NCBI GenBank assembly: GCA_039932235.1
Contig: JBDTQJ010000003.1
Location: forward strand, 1-39,996
Direction of reading: 5' to 3'
DNA length: 39,996 bases
Source of the DNA: Chloroflexota bacterium
GTDB lineage: Bacteria; Chloroflexota; Limnocylindria; QHBO01
The notes under the pieces: model-generated
Database searches by the model: none
What the model was told of the DNA's origin: nothing
The model's input: only the letters and a program-made list of their open reading frames with translations
Shown here: positions 25,436-35,123 of the stretch, one piece after another
Position numbering within the stretch: the first letter of the stretch is position 1
Layout of the letters: each line of letters opens with the position of its first letter
Program-made: the position numbers and the translations under genes

Positions 25436-26626
25436 ATGTCTGCCAGCAAGCGCATCGGGGTCCTCACCGGCGGGGGCGACGTTCCGGGCCTCAACTCGGT
25501 CATCAAGAGCGTGGTCTATCGGTCCACCGAGGCCGCCGACGCGGTCCTCGGCATCCGGCGCGGCTGGGAGGGCCTGACCCACCTCACCTTCGAAGCGGAC
25601 GGAACGCCCTCGACCGATTACGTCCGGCCGCTCGACCGTCGCGGCACGCGTGCCATCGACCGGACCGGCGGCACGGTGCTTCACACCTCGCGTACCAACC
25701 CGGCGCGCATGCCGCGCGCTCGCCTCCCATCTGGCCTCTCCGAGACCGATGCGTCGCGCTACGCGACCGGCGACGACGAGTACGACCTCACCCCGCTGGT
25801 CCTCGAGAACCTCGAGCGGCTGGGGATCAGCGCCCTGGTGGCGATCGGCGGCGACGACACGCTCGGCTACGGCGAACGCCTCGGGCGCGAGGGCTTCCCG
25901 CTGGTGGCGATTCCCAAGACGATGGACAACGACGTGCGCGGCACCGAGTACTGCATCGGGTTCTCGACCGCCGTGACCCGCGCCAAGGAGCTGATCAACC
26001 GCCAGCGCACGACGCTCGGCAGCCACGAGCGGCTCGGCGTCTTCCGCATCTTCGGCCGCAATTCGGGGTACAGCGCCTGGTACGCGGCCTACGTCACCAG
26101 CGCCCGCTGCGTCATCCCGGAGGTGCCGTTCGAGCTCGACACGCTGGCGGAGCTGCTCATCGAGGATCGCCGCCTCAACCCGTCAGGCTACGCCTTCGTC
26201 ATCGCCTCCGAGGGCGCGCTCTGGAGCGGGGGCACGCTCGAGGAGATCGGCGAGGTCGACGCTTACGGGCACCGTCACAAGGCGGACGTGGGATACGCCC
26301 TGGCCACCGAGCTCAAGCGCCGGACCGGCATCGAGACGGTCAACAGCGACCTCACCTACGACCTGCGTTCGGGTGATCCGGATGCGCTCGACCAGATGGT
26401 GGCGATCACCTTCGCCAACGTGGCGATGGACCTGCTGGCCGATGGGGTGACCGGCCGCATGGTCGCGGTGCGGGACGGGAAGTACGGACACACCACCCTG
26501 CCGGATGCGTCGAAAGGCCCGCGCCGCCTCGACGTGGACCTGCTCTACAACGCGGCGCGCCTGCGGCCGCGGTACGAGGACAAGGTCGGCGCACCGCTCC
26601 TGCTCGGCGGGGCGCCGCAGGCGTGA
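25436..26626 (+). CDS. pfkA: 6-phosphofructokinase, probably PPi-dependent
   Basis: TGGGDVPGLN, GGT.LHTSR, GGDDT and PKTMDND. Confidence 0.9.
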   Translation: MSASKRIGVLTGGGDVPGLNSVIKSVVYRSTEAADAVLGIRRGWEGLTHLTFEADGTPSTDYVRPLDRRGTRAIDRTGGTVLHTSRTNPARMPRARLPSGLSETDASRYATGDDEYDLTPLVLENLERLGISALVAIGGDDTLGYGERLGREGFPLVAIPKTMDNDVRGTEYCIGFSTAVTRAKELINRQRTTLGSHERLGVFRIFGRNSGYSAWYAAYVTSARCVIPEVPFELDTLAELLIEDRRLNPSGYAFVIASEGALWSGGTLEEIGEVDAYGHRHKADVGYALATELKRRTGIETVNSDLTYDLRSGDPDALDQMVAITFANVAMDLLADGVTGRMVAVRDGKYGHTTLPDASKGPRRLDVDLLYNAARLRPRYEDKVGAPLLLGGAPQA

Positions 26627-28026
26627 GCGGCGGGGTCCTGGCCGGGGACCGCCGCTGGCTCACGTTCGGGCTCATCGGCCTCGTCACCGCGGTGGCCTTC
26701 GAGGGGCTCGCCGTCTCGACGGTCATGCCGCGGACGGCGGGCGACCTCGATGGGCTGGGCCTCTACGGGTGGGCATTCAGTGCCTTCTGGCTGACCAACA
26801 TCCTGGGCATCACGCTCGCCGGCGGGGATGCGGACCGGCACGGCCCGAAGCGCGCCTTCATGGCCGGCGTCGTCGTCTTCGCGGCAGGCCTGGTCATCGC
26901 GACGCTGGCGGTCAACATGCCGATGCTGATCGTCGCCCGCGGGGTGCAGGGCTTTGGTTCCGGCGCCATCGGCGCGGTGGTGTACGTGGTCATCGCGCGG
27001 GCCTATCCCGCCCGGCTCCATCCACGCATGCTGGCCATCATGTCGTCGGCGTGGGTCGTGCCGGGATTGGTGGGTCCGGCGGTGGCGGCCGGGGTGGCCG
27101 AGGCCCTCAACTGGCGGTGGGTGTTCGGGGGCCTGACGGTCCCGGTCGTGGTGCTCGGCCTCGTGGCGCTGCGCCCCATCGCCGGGCTTCGACCCGTCGC
27201 CGACCATGCCGGCGACCACGGCAGCCGTGCCTGGGCGGCTCTCCGTCTCGCGGCGGGGAGCCTCCTCTTCCTGACCGGCCTGACGGTCCCGCTGCTGCCG
27301 CTCGGCATGCCGATGATCGCCGGCGGCGCGGTGCTCTCCGCGCTGGCACTTGCGCACCTGCTCCCAGCGGGTGCGATGCGCCTGCGCCCGGGGGCGGCAG
27401 CAGTGCCGCTCATCGTCTTCGGAACCGCCTTCGCGTTCTTCGGCGCCGAGGCGTATATCCCGCTCGCCATCACCAACGTGCGGTTCGGGACGCTGGCCGC
27501 CGGCGCCCTCGCCATCTCGGCGGCGACCATCACCTGGACCAGTGGCTCGTGGCTGCAGGCGCGGCTCGCGCCCCGCGGTTGGCGGCGTGGCCTGGTGGGG
27601 ATCGGCGATCTGCTCATCGCGGCCGGCATCGGGATCACCGCGCTGGTGCTGCTGCCTGGCCTGCCGCTGCCCGCTGCCGCGGTCGGCTGGGCGGTGGGCG
27701 GGCTGGGAATGGGGCTCGCCTATACGACTCTCACCCTGCTCACCCTGGAGACCGCCGAGGAGGGGCGCGAGGGATCCGCGTCGGCGGCGCTGCAGCTGAC
27801 GTTCACCCTCGGCACGGTGTATGGCACCGGGATCGGCGGGGCGTGGGTCGCCCTGGCCGACGCGGGGACGCTCGAGCTCGGGCCTTCCATCGGCATCGTG
27901 TTCGGGATCACCGCCGTCATCGCGCTCGTGGCTGCCCTCGCCTCGCGGCGCCTCGCGTCGTCAGCGCCACGCACCGCGCCGCATGCGACCGAGCCCATCG
28001 ATGCGGTTGCACCGCCCGCCCGCTGA
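26623..28026 (+). CDS. MFS transporter (drug:H+ antiporter-like)
   Basis: Many TMs; motif A DRHGPKR; ARGVQGFG and WRWVF; GTGA overlap with pfk. Confidence 0.9.
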   Translation: MSGGVLAGDRRWLTFGLIGLVTAVAFEGLAVSTVMPRTAGDLDGLGLYGWAFSAFWLTNILGITLAGGDADRHGPKRAFMAGVVVFAAGLVIATLAVNMPMLIVARGVQGFGSGAIGAVVYVVIARAYPARLHPRMLAIMSSAWVVPGLVGPAVAAGVAEALNWRWVFGGLTVPVVVLGLVALRPIAGLRPVADHAGDHGSRAWAALRLAAGSLLFLTGLTVPLLPLGMPMIAGGAVLSALALAHLLPAGAMRLRPGAAAVPLIVFGTAFAFFGAEAYIPLAITNVRFGTLAAGALAISAATITWTSGSWLQARLAPRGWRRGLVGIGDLLIAAGIGITALVLLPGLPLPAAAVGWAVGGLGMGLAYTTLTLLTLETAEEGREGSASAALQLTFTLGTVYGTGIGGAWVALADAGTLELGPSIGIVFGITAVIALVAALASRRLASSAPRTAPHATEPIDAVAPPAR

Positions 28027-28054
28027 TGACGTACCAGCTGTCGCGACAGCAACG

Positions 28055-29503
28055 TCAACGCGGGTTGGTTGGGCGACCCACCTGCAACTGCTTGATGGCG
28101 AAGCCCTCGGGCGATCCGACCGCATAGCTCGCCACGAGACCACCGCCCGTGGCCCAGACCCTGATGTCGTATGCCGACAGCGCGGAGGCCTCGTGCACGC
28201 GGAGTGGGTACATGAGGTAGGCGGGCACGCGGAGCTCGCCGCTCACCGTCACCCTGAACCAGCGCAGCCCGTCAGAGGAGATCGAGACGGCCCCGCTGGC
28301 GGCCACTGCAACGATGTCGGCGCCATCCGATGCGAGGAGCGCCGCGCCCGGAACGAGGTCATCCAGCATGCCGGACTTCGCCCACGTCCGGCCATCGGCC
28401 GAGTGCCACGCGGCGATACCGATGCCGTCGACATCTTCATATGCGCCGCGCAGCTCGGCGTCGTTGCCGATCGCGAACAATCCGCCGGCGCCGGCCAGCA
28501 CCTGCGTCATGGTGCCGCCCGCCACCGATCGGCCCTCGACGGCGGCCTGGCTCCAGGTCGCGCCGTCGGAGGATATCCAGGCGGCCGGTGAACCGACGCC
28601 GGGATGCGTGTACGGCTCAGCGGGCGAACCGGAACCGTCGGGCTCGCCGTCGCGGCCGACGATCACGAAGCCTCCGTCGTGGGCGGTGGCATCCCACGCT
28701 ATCGCGGTGCCGCTGGCGGGGAGCTCGATCGTCGCCCACGTCGCCCCGTCTCGGGAGAACGCAACGACCGAGTCGTTCGTATTCATCGGCTTGCCGACGA
28801 TCAGGATGCCGGCGGGGCTGGCCGCCACGTCGACGAGCTCTTCGCCCCGGCCACTCCAGATCGACCGCAGGCTCGAGGGATCCAGTTCACTCCAGCTGAT
28901 GCCGTCGGCCGAGCGCCAGATGCGCTCCTGGGCGATCGCGACCAGCTCATCCCCGACGGGCACCACGAAGCGCGGACACATCGTCGGCGTGCGATCGTCC
29001 CCCGACGGCACCCGCAGGCTCACATCCCAGCTCAGACCGTCGGCAGACGTGAAAAATCCGGCTGCCGAGCAAGCCAGAGCGCCATCGACCGCCCCGACAC
29101 CGACGTACGTCCCCTTCCACTCGACCACATCGTTGATGGTGAGCCGGCTGCCCTGCTCGCCTGCCACTGGGGCCGGCACATACGGGAATGGCACGACTCC
29201 GTCAGACCATTCCAGCGCCGTCCAGGACGGTGGGATCGGCGAGGGTGTCGGCGTGAGCGTGGCGGTGGCACTCGGGGTCGGCACGGTGGAGGGCGTCCGC
29301 GCTTCGCTGGGCTGGACCGATGGGGTGGGCGGCACGACCGGACCAGGGCCGCCACCGTCACGGGGGAGCATGAGCATCCCCAGCACCAGAAGGGCTGTGC
29401 CCGCCGCAGCCAACAGTCCGAGACGCACCGGGAGGCCGAAGCGCAGAGGGCTTCTGGGGAATGTCCGTTCCGCATGGCTCGCGGTGTGGTGGCGCGTCGA
29501 CAC
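28055..29503 (-). CDS. Membrane-anchored surface protein with six Asp-box (SxDGxxW) repeats
   Basis: N-terminal TM, Pro/Thr linker; SADGLSW, SADGISW, SRDGATW, SSDGATW, SADGRTW, SSDGLRW; SD GGAGGAG before the GTG. Confidence 0.78.
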   Translation of the reverse strand: MSTRHHTASHAERTFPRSPLRFGLPVRLGLLAAAGTALLVLGMLMLPRDGGGPGPVVPPTPSVQPSEARTPSTVPTPSATATLTPTPSPIPPSWTALEWSDGVVPFPYVPAPVAGEQGSRLTINDVVEWKGTYVGVGAVDGALACSAAGFFTSADGLSWDVSLRVPSGDDRTPTMCPRFVVPVGDELVAIAQERIWRSADGISWSELDPSSLRSIWSGRGEELVDVAASPAGILIVGKPMNTNDSVVAFSRDGATWATIELPASGTAIAWDATAHDGGFVIVGRDGEPDGSGSPAEPYTHPGVGSPAAWISSDGATWSQAAVEGRSVAGGTMTQVLAGAGGLFAIGNDAELRGAYEDVDGIGIAAWHSADGRTWAKSGMLDDLVPGAALLASDGADIVAVAASGAVSISSDGLRWFRVTVSGELRVPAYLMYPLRVHEASALSAYDIRVWATGGGLVASYAVGSPEGFAIKQLQVGRPTNPR

Positions 29504-29650
29504 TGGACTCCTCCCCGGGCGATGCCCGGTATCGCCCACAGCGTGGTCGCGCCCCGGGCCGCCCGCCAGAGTCGGAGGTCAGGAATCAACAGGCTCGGCG
29601 GCCCAATCCATCCGGCCGCCGGGCTTGACAGGCTGGCGGCGTGGGTGAAC

Positions 29651-29682
29651 TATAGCGGTTGCCGCTATATCGGTCCCCGATA
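29651..29682. promoter_or_regulatory. Tandem palindromic operator, likely bound by PadR
   Basis: TATAGCGG-ttg-CCGCTATA overlapping TATCGG-tcc-CCGATA; TTGACA at 29625-29630. Confidence 0.7.
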
Positions 29683-29696
29683 GAACGAGGCACGAC

Positions 29697-30020
29697 ATGT
29701 CGCATCCCGATGCCGATCTCGGACGCTTCGCCGAGCCGGCGCTCCTGGTCCTGGTCAGCCTGACCGATGGACCCAAGCACGGCTACGCGATCATGGCCGA
29801 CGTGGAGGGCTTTGGGCGCGAGCCGCTGGGGCCGGGAACCCTGTACGCGGTGCTCGCGCGGCTCGAGCGGGCGGGCCTGATCGAACCGCTCGACGCCGAC
29901 GACCGCCGCCGGCCGTATCGGCTCACCGAACGCGGGGCGGCGGCCGTCACCAGCCGTCTCGAGGGGCTCGACCGCTTTGTCGCCCTCGGCCGCGAGCGCC
30001 TCGGCGCGCCGGAGGCCTGA
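29697..30020 (+). CDS. PadR-family transcriptional regulator
   Basis: GPKHGYAI, GPGTLYAVLARLE and RRRPYRLT. Confidence 0.93.
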   Translation: MSHPDADLGRFAEPALLVLVSLTDGPKHGYAIMADVEGFGREPLGPGTLYAVLARLERAGLIEPLDADDRRRPYRLTERGAAAVTSRLEGLDRFVALGRERLGAPEA

Positions 30021-30023
30021 GCG

Positions 30024-30899
30024 ATGCGGACGCTGCATCACACGCCCGCCAGCCCGCGCCTGCTCGTGCGAATCCTGCTGCGCGCCTATCCCGCTGCATG
30101 GCGGGAACGCTACGGGGTCGAAGTGGCCGCGCTGCTGGCCGCGCAGCCGCCCGGCGCACGCCAGCTTGTTGACCTCGCGGCCGGGGCCCTCGATGCGCGG
30201 CTGCACCCGGCCCTGCTGGTCCTGCCGGCCGGCATGGTGACGAGCGCCGCGGGGCCGGCACCACGGCCGCCCGCTTCGCCAGGCTACGGCGCCGTGGCCG
30301 GGACGCCGGTCGGCGAGCTCAGCCGTCGCACCTTCATGCGCCGCGCGCTGGGCGCGGGCGCCGGGCTGCTGGCGCTGGAGTTCGTGGGCGGGACGCTCGC
30401 GTTCCTGTGGCCGCAGATCCGCGAGGGGATCGGGGCGCAGTTCCGGCTGGGGACGCTCGACGACATCCTGCGTGCCGAGCCGCGTTTCGCCGGCGGCTGG
30501 CCGTACGCCTTCGCACCGGCGCGAGTCTTCCTGCTGAACGTGCCCGCGGCCCAGGCGATGGCTACCGGCGGGGCGATCCCGCAGGCCGCCCCGACTGGCG
30601 AGCAGCTGCTGGCCCTGTGGCGCAAGTGCCCGCACCTCGGTTGCCAGGTCCCGGAACCGTGCAGCGACCTCAACCGGTTCCAGTGCCGCTGCCACGGCAG
30701 CACCTTCAACATCATGGGCGAGAAGATGAAGGCCGGACCCGCCCCGCGTGGGATGGACCGCTTCCCGGTGTCGATCGACGTGGCGGGAACCGTGATCATC
30801 GACACCTCCCAGCGGATCGCCGGGCCGCCAGCGCGCGCGTCCGCCGCGCTCGGCTTCGACGACGGCCATCCGTTTGAGGCGACCTGCTTCCCGGTCTAG
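30024..30899 (+). CDS. Rieske [2Fe-2S] protein with Tat anchor and N-terminal PadR-partner-like domain
   Basis: LLRAYPAAWRERYG N-domain; SRRTFM + TM; CPHLGC and CRCHGS; GPAPRGMDRF. Confidence 0.85.
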   Translation: MRTLHHTPASPRLLVRILLRAYPAAWRERYGVEVAALLAAQPPGARQLVDLAAGALDARLHPALLVLPAGMVTSAAGPAPRPPASPGYGAVAGTPVGELSRRTFMRRALGAGAGLLALEFVGGTLAFLWPQIREGIGAQFRLGTLDDILRAEPRFAGGWPYAFAPARVFLLNVPAAQAMATGGAIPQAAPTGEQLLALWRKCPHLGCQVPEPCSDLNRFQCRCHGSTFNIMGEKMKAGPAPRGMDRFPVSIDVAGTVIIDTSQRIAGPPARASAALGFDDGHPFEATCFPV

Positions 30900-32083
30900 A
30901 CGACGTTGAGCTCGCGCACCGGCTCCCCGCGCACCACCCGCCCGTAGCCGAGCGGGGCCAGGTCCAGCGTCTCGTAACGCCCGCCGGCGATCCACTCGGC
31001 GAGACCGCGGCCGACCGCCGGCGCCTGCTGCAGGCCATGACCGGAGAAGCCGTTGGCGAACAGGAAGCCCGGCAGCTCCGGATGCGGCCCGATCACCGCG
31101 TTGTGGTCGAGGGTGTGGACCTCGTAGTGTCCGGCCCACGCGTCCAGGAGACGCAGGTGCTCGAACGCCGGGATCCGGTGCGCCAGTGATGGCCACACGT
31201 GCTCCTCGAACGGGCGGCGGTCAACGCGCAGCTCGTCGGTGTGCGGATCCGCCTCCCCGGCGCGCGGTGCGTAGCCGGCGATGTAGGCCGGTCCCTCCGG
31301 GCGCATGTAGACGCCGCTCGGGTCGACCAGCAGCGGTGAGGCGATCCGGGCCGGCGACTCGAAGTGGTAGACCAGCCGGCGCCGCGACTCGACCGCCAGC
31401 TCGAGTCCTGCCATGCGCGCCACCGCGGCCGCGCGTGGGCCGGCGGCGTTGACCACCCACTCGGCCGAGATGCTCGTCCCGTCCGCCAGGCCCACCCCGC
31501 TGACCCGGGTCCCGTCGCGCTCGATGGACGCCACCTCGCCGGTCACGTACTCGACGCCCAGGTGCTGCGCCCGGCGCCGGAACGCGCCGAGCAGCGCGGC
31601 CGCATCGAACCAGCCCTCACCGGTGCGTCCCAACGAGCCGCCCGCGAGGTCGGCGATGTTGAGCCACGGGAAGCGCTCGAGCAGGGCTGGCGGCTCGAGG
31701 AGCACGACGTCGACGCCCAGCTCGCGCTGGATCGCGTGGTTCGACTCGAGGGTCGCGCGTCCCGCATCGGTCGCCAGGAAGAGGTAGCCGCCCTCGACGA
31801 AGTCGATCTCCGGCGACGGCTCCCCGGGCGTGCCGAGAAAGCGCGCCGGATCGCGGACCAGCTCGATCCCGAACTGGCTGATCCGGATGTTGAGCGGCGT
31901 GCTGAACTGCTGGCGGATGGAGGCGGCAGAGAGGGTCGTCGAGCTGGTGCGGTAGGACGGGTCGCGTTCGACGACCACGATCCGCCCGTCGAAGTCGTCG
32001 CGACCCGCCAGGAAGGTGGCCACCGCGCTGCCCATGATGGCGCCACCCACGATCACCACGTCAGCATGCTCACGGCTCGGCAT
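30896..32083 (-). CDS. FAD-dependent oxidoreductase (DAO / sarcosine oxidase beta-like)
   Basis: GGAIMG, SAASIRQQFS, WAGHYE and GFSGHGLQQAPAVGR; TAGGAT box 7 nt upstream. Confidence 0.9.
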   Translation of the reverse strand: MPSREHADVVIVGGAIMGSAVATFLAGRDDFDGRIVVVERDPSYRTSSTTLSAASIRQQFSTPLNIRISQFGIELVRDPARFLGTPGEPSPEIDFVEGGYLFLATDAGRATLESNHAIQRELGVDVVLLEPPALLERFPWLNIADLAGGSLGRTGEGWFDAAALLGAFRRRAQHLGVEYVTGEVASIERDGTRVSGVGLADGTSISAEWVVNAAGPRAAAVARMAGLELAVESRRRLVYHFESPARIASPLLVDPSGVYMRPEGPAYIAGYAPRAGEADPHTDELRVDRRPFEEHVWPSLAHRIPAFEHLRLLDAWAGHYEVHTLDHNAVIGPHPELPGFLFANGFSGHGLQQAPAVGRGLAEWIAGGRYETLDLAPLGYGRVVRGEPVRELNVV

Positions 32084-32115
32084 GCGCCGCATCCTAACCG
32101 CCTAGACTCGCGCCG

Positions 32116-33390
32116 ATGGCCACCGATGCGACGCGTCTCCGCCCATCCATCACGCACGAGCTGCCGCCGAGCGCCGATCTCGTGGTGGTCGGCGGCGGGA
32201 TCGTCGGCGCCGCGACGGCGTTCTTCGCCGCGCGGGCCGGGCTGCGGGTGGTGGTGCTGGAGCGCCGCGCCGCGCTCGCGACGCTGACCACGCCGGCTTC
32301 CACCGGGGCCTTCAGGCTCCAGTTCGACAACCCCGAGGAGATCGCCCTGGTCCGCGAGGGGGTGGAGCTGTTCGACGCCTTCGCCGAGCGCACCGGCCTC
32401 GACGGCTGGGACCTTGGCGTCACCCATGGCGGCTACCTCTTCGCCTCCCTGACCGATGCGACCCTTGACCGGTCCCGGCGACTGGTGGCGCGTCAGCGCG
32501 ACTGGGGCCTCACCGACGTCGAGCTTCTCGACGGCGACGAGGCGCGGCGACGCTTCGCGTACCTGGGGCCCGATGTTCGCGGGGCGCGCTATCGAGCCGC
32601 TGACGGCTGGCTCGACGTGAAGGCGCTGGCCGTCGGCTATGCCACCGCGGCCTCGCACGCGACCCGCATCCCCGATGGGCTGCCTGGCGGGGGAGCGACG
32701 TTCGTGACCGCCACCACGGTCACCGGATTCCACCTGTCGGACGATGGGTCGCGGCTGGCCGGGGTGGCCACCTCGCGCGGGCGGATCGCCACCGGGATGG
32801 CGGTGATCGCGGCGGGGCCGTTCACCGCCGTCGTCGCCGGACTTGCCGGCGTGCCGCTCGACATCCGCCCCACGCGACGCCAGAAGCTCGTCATTCCGAC
32901 CCTCGCCGCCGTGCCGCCCGACGCGCCGATGACGATCGAGGAGGAGACGGCCGCACACTGGCGTCCCGCGATGCGCGGCGCGCTCGCCCTGTTCACCGAT
33001 CCCGCCGAGCCGCCGGCCGATGCCGCCGACCCGACCCCGGTGGGCCACGACTGGGCGTTCGGACTGCTGGACCCGGCGTCCGACCATGCGCTGGCCCGAG
33101 TGGCGCCGTTCTGGCGGGAGGCATGGAACGACGGGGCGCCCACCTTCCACTGGTTCCTCCAGGCGGGCCAGTACGAGGTGACGCCCGACCGGCGCCCGTA
33201 CCTCGGGCCGGTGCGCGGCCTGGGGCCTGAGGGCCTGCACATCAACGGCGGCTACTCGGGGCACGGGATCATGGCGGGGGCGGCATCGAGCCGCCTGGTG
33301 GTGGACCTGCTCACCGAGCGGGCGGATCCCGCCTCGAACCCGCTGCGCGTGGACCGGTCCATGGACGCGCGCGAGCACGACATCCTCTGA
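32116..33390 (+). CDS. FAD-dependent oxidoreductase (DAO family)
   Basis: GGGIVG, STGAFRLQF, AGQYEVTPD and GYSGHGIM; TAGACT box 7 nt upstream. Confidence 0.9.
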   Translation: MATDATRLRPSITHELPPSADLVVVGGGIVGAATAFFAARAGLRVVVLERRAALATLTTPASTGAFRLQFDNPEEIALVREGVELFDAFAERTGLDGWDLGVTHGGYLFASLTDATLDRSRRLVARQRDWGLTDVELLDGDEARRRFAYLGPDVRGARYRAADGWLDVKALAVGYATAASHATRIPDGLPGGGATFVTATTVTGFHLSDDGSRLAGVATSRGRIATGMAVIAAGPFTAVVAGLAGVPLDIRPTRRQKLVIPTLAAVPPDAPMTIEEETAAHWRPAMRGALALFTDPAEPPADAADPTPVGHDWAFGLLDPASDHALARVAPFWREAWNDGAPTFHWFLQAGQYEVTPDRRPYLGPVRGLGPEGLHINGGYSGHGIMAGAASSRLVVDLLTERADPASNPLRVDRSMDAREHDIL

Positions 33391-33450
33391 CGGATCCGCG
33401 TCGCGCGGCATGACTGTCTGCGAGCTTGCCGGCCCGATACACTCCTCGTG

Positions 33451-35118
33451 ATGGCCAGCCCGAGCCGCACCCGCCCCGCCATCGTGGTCGTCGACGACGA
33501 CCCGCCCGTGCTGCGCGCCATCGAGCGGGACCTGCGGTCGCGCTACGGCGACGACTTCCGGATCGTGGCCGCCCCTGGGGGCGAGGAGGCGCTGGAGCTG
33601 GTGCGGCAGCTGACGGTGCGCGGCAGCGCCATCGGTCTGCTGGTGGTCGACCAGCGCATGCCGCGCATGACCGGGATCGAGCTCCTGGTCGCGACCCTGG
33701 AGCTGCAGCCCGACGCAAAGCGCGTGCTGCTCACGGCGTACGCCGACACCGAGGTGGCGATCCGCGCCATCAACGAGGTGCGCCTGGACCAGTACATCCT
33801 GAAGCCGTGGGATCCGCCGGAGGAGAAGCTCTTCCCGGTCCTGGACGACCTGCTCGCGGACTGGACCGCCACCTTCCGGCCGGCCTTCGAGGGCCTCCGG
33901 CTGCTGGCGGGCCGCTGGGCGCCGCGCGGGAGCGAGATCCGTGATTTCCTGACCCGAAACGGGATCCCGTACGCGTGGCTCGACCCCGAGGCGGACGAGG
34001 AGGGCCGGCGACTGGCCGCTGCCCAGCCCGAGCCACCGGATCCCGCGGTGCCGCTCGTGCTGCTGCCGGATGGGACGGCGCTGCGGGATCCGACGCCGCG
34101 CGAGATCGGGGAGCGCGTGGGCCTGACCACGCACGCTCGGCTGCCGTTCTACGACCTGGCGATCATCGGCGGCGGGCCGGCCGGGCTGGCGGCCGCCGTG
34201 TACGGTGCCAGCGAGGGCCTCAAGACCGTGCTGATCGAGCGCGAGGCGCCGGGCGGACAGGCGGGTACCACCAGCCGCATCGAGAACTACCTCGGCTTCC
34301 CGGCGGGATTGTCGGGTGGCGACCTCGCACGACGGGCGCTCACGCAGGCACGCCGGCTCGGCGCCGAGATCCTGACGCCCACCGACGTGCGCGGCCTGCG
34401 CCGGGAGGACCCGTACCGCATCGTCAGCCTGGAAGAGGGCGAGCTCTCCTGCCAGGCGCTCGTCATCGCCACCGGGGTGAGCTACCGGACCCTGGACCTG
34501 CCGGATGCCGGCCGTCTCGCCGGGGCGGGCATCTACTACGGCGCGGCGAGCAGCGAGGCCGTCCTGTACCGCGACGCCGAGGTGGGGGTCGTGGGTGGCG
34601 GCAACTCAGCCGGCCAGGCGGTGGTGTACCTGAGCCGCTTCGCGCGAACGGTGCACCTCATCGTGCGCGGCGGCTCGCTGGGCTCGATGTCCCAGTACCT
34701 GATCGAGCAGATCCAGGCGCTGCCGAACGTCGAGGTGCGCACCGGCAGCGCCGTGACCGCCGTTCGCGGCGAGCAGCATCTCGAGGGCGCGACGCTCAGC
34801 GGCCCAATTGGGGAGGAGGAGCGCGGGATCACCGCCCTCTTCGTCTTCATCGGCCAGCAACCACGCACGGACTGGCTCGCCGACGCCATCCTGCGCGACG
34901 AGCCCGGCTTCATCCGCACCGGCTCGGCGACGCTGACCGATGGCCGGCCGCCGGCCGGCTGGAGCCTGGCCCGCGAGCCCTTCCTGCTCGAGACGAGCAT
35001 GCCGGGCGTGTTCGCGGCCGGTGACGTGCGGCATCGGTCAGTCAAGCGCATCGCCAGCGCGGTCGGCGACGGGGCGATGGCCGTTCAGTTCGTGCACCAA
35101 TACCTGGCGGGCCTGTAG
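33451..35118 (+). CDS. Receiver domain fused to a thioredoxin-reductase-like FAD oxidoreductase
   Basis: REC: VVDDD, DQRMP, KPW. TrxB-like: GGGPAG, IATG, GGGNSA, AAGDVR. No CxxC. Confidence 0.9.
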   Translation: MASPSRTRPAIVVVDDDPPVLRAIERDLRSRYGDDFRIVAAPGGEEALELVRQLTVRGSAIGLLVVDQRMPRMTGIELLVATLELQPDAKRVLLTAYADTEVAIRAINEVRLDQYILKPWDPPEEKLFPVLDDLLADWTATFRPAFEGLRLLAGRWAPRGSEIRDFLTRNGIPYAWLDPEADEEGRRLAAAQPEPPDPAVPLVLLPDGTALRDPTPREIGERVGLTTHARLPFYDLAIIGGGPAGLAAAVYGASEGLKTVLIEREAPGGQAGTTSRIENYLGFPAGLSGGDLARRALTQARRLGAEILTPTDVRGLRREDPYRIVSLEEGELSCQALVIATGVSYRTLDLPDAGRLAGAGIYYGAASSEAVLYRDAEVGVVGGGNSAGQAVVYLSRFARTVHLIVRGGSLGSMSQYLIEQIQALPNVEVRTGSAVTAVRGEQHLEGATLSGPIGEEERGITALFVFIGQQPRTDWLADAILRDEPGFIRTGSATLTDGRPPAGWSLAREPFLLETSMPGVFAAGDVRHRSVKRIASAVGDGAMAVQFVHQYLAGL

Positions 35119-35123
35119 CCCCG

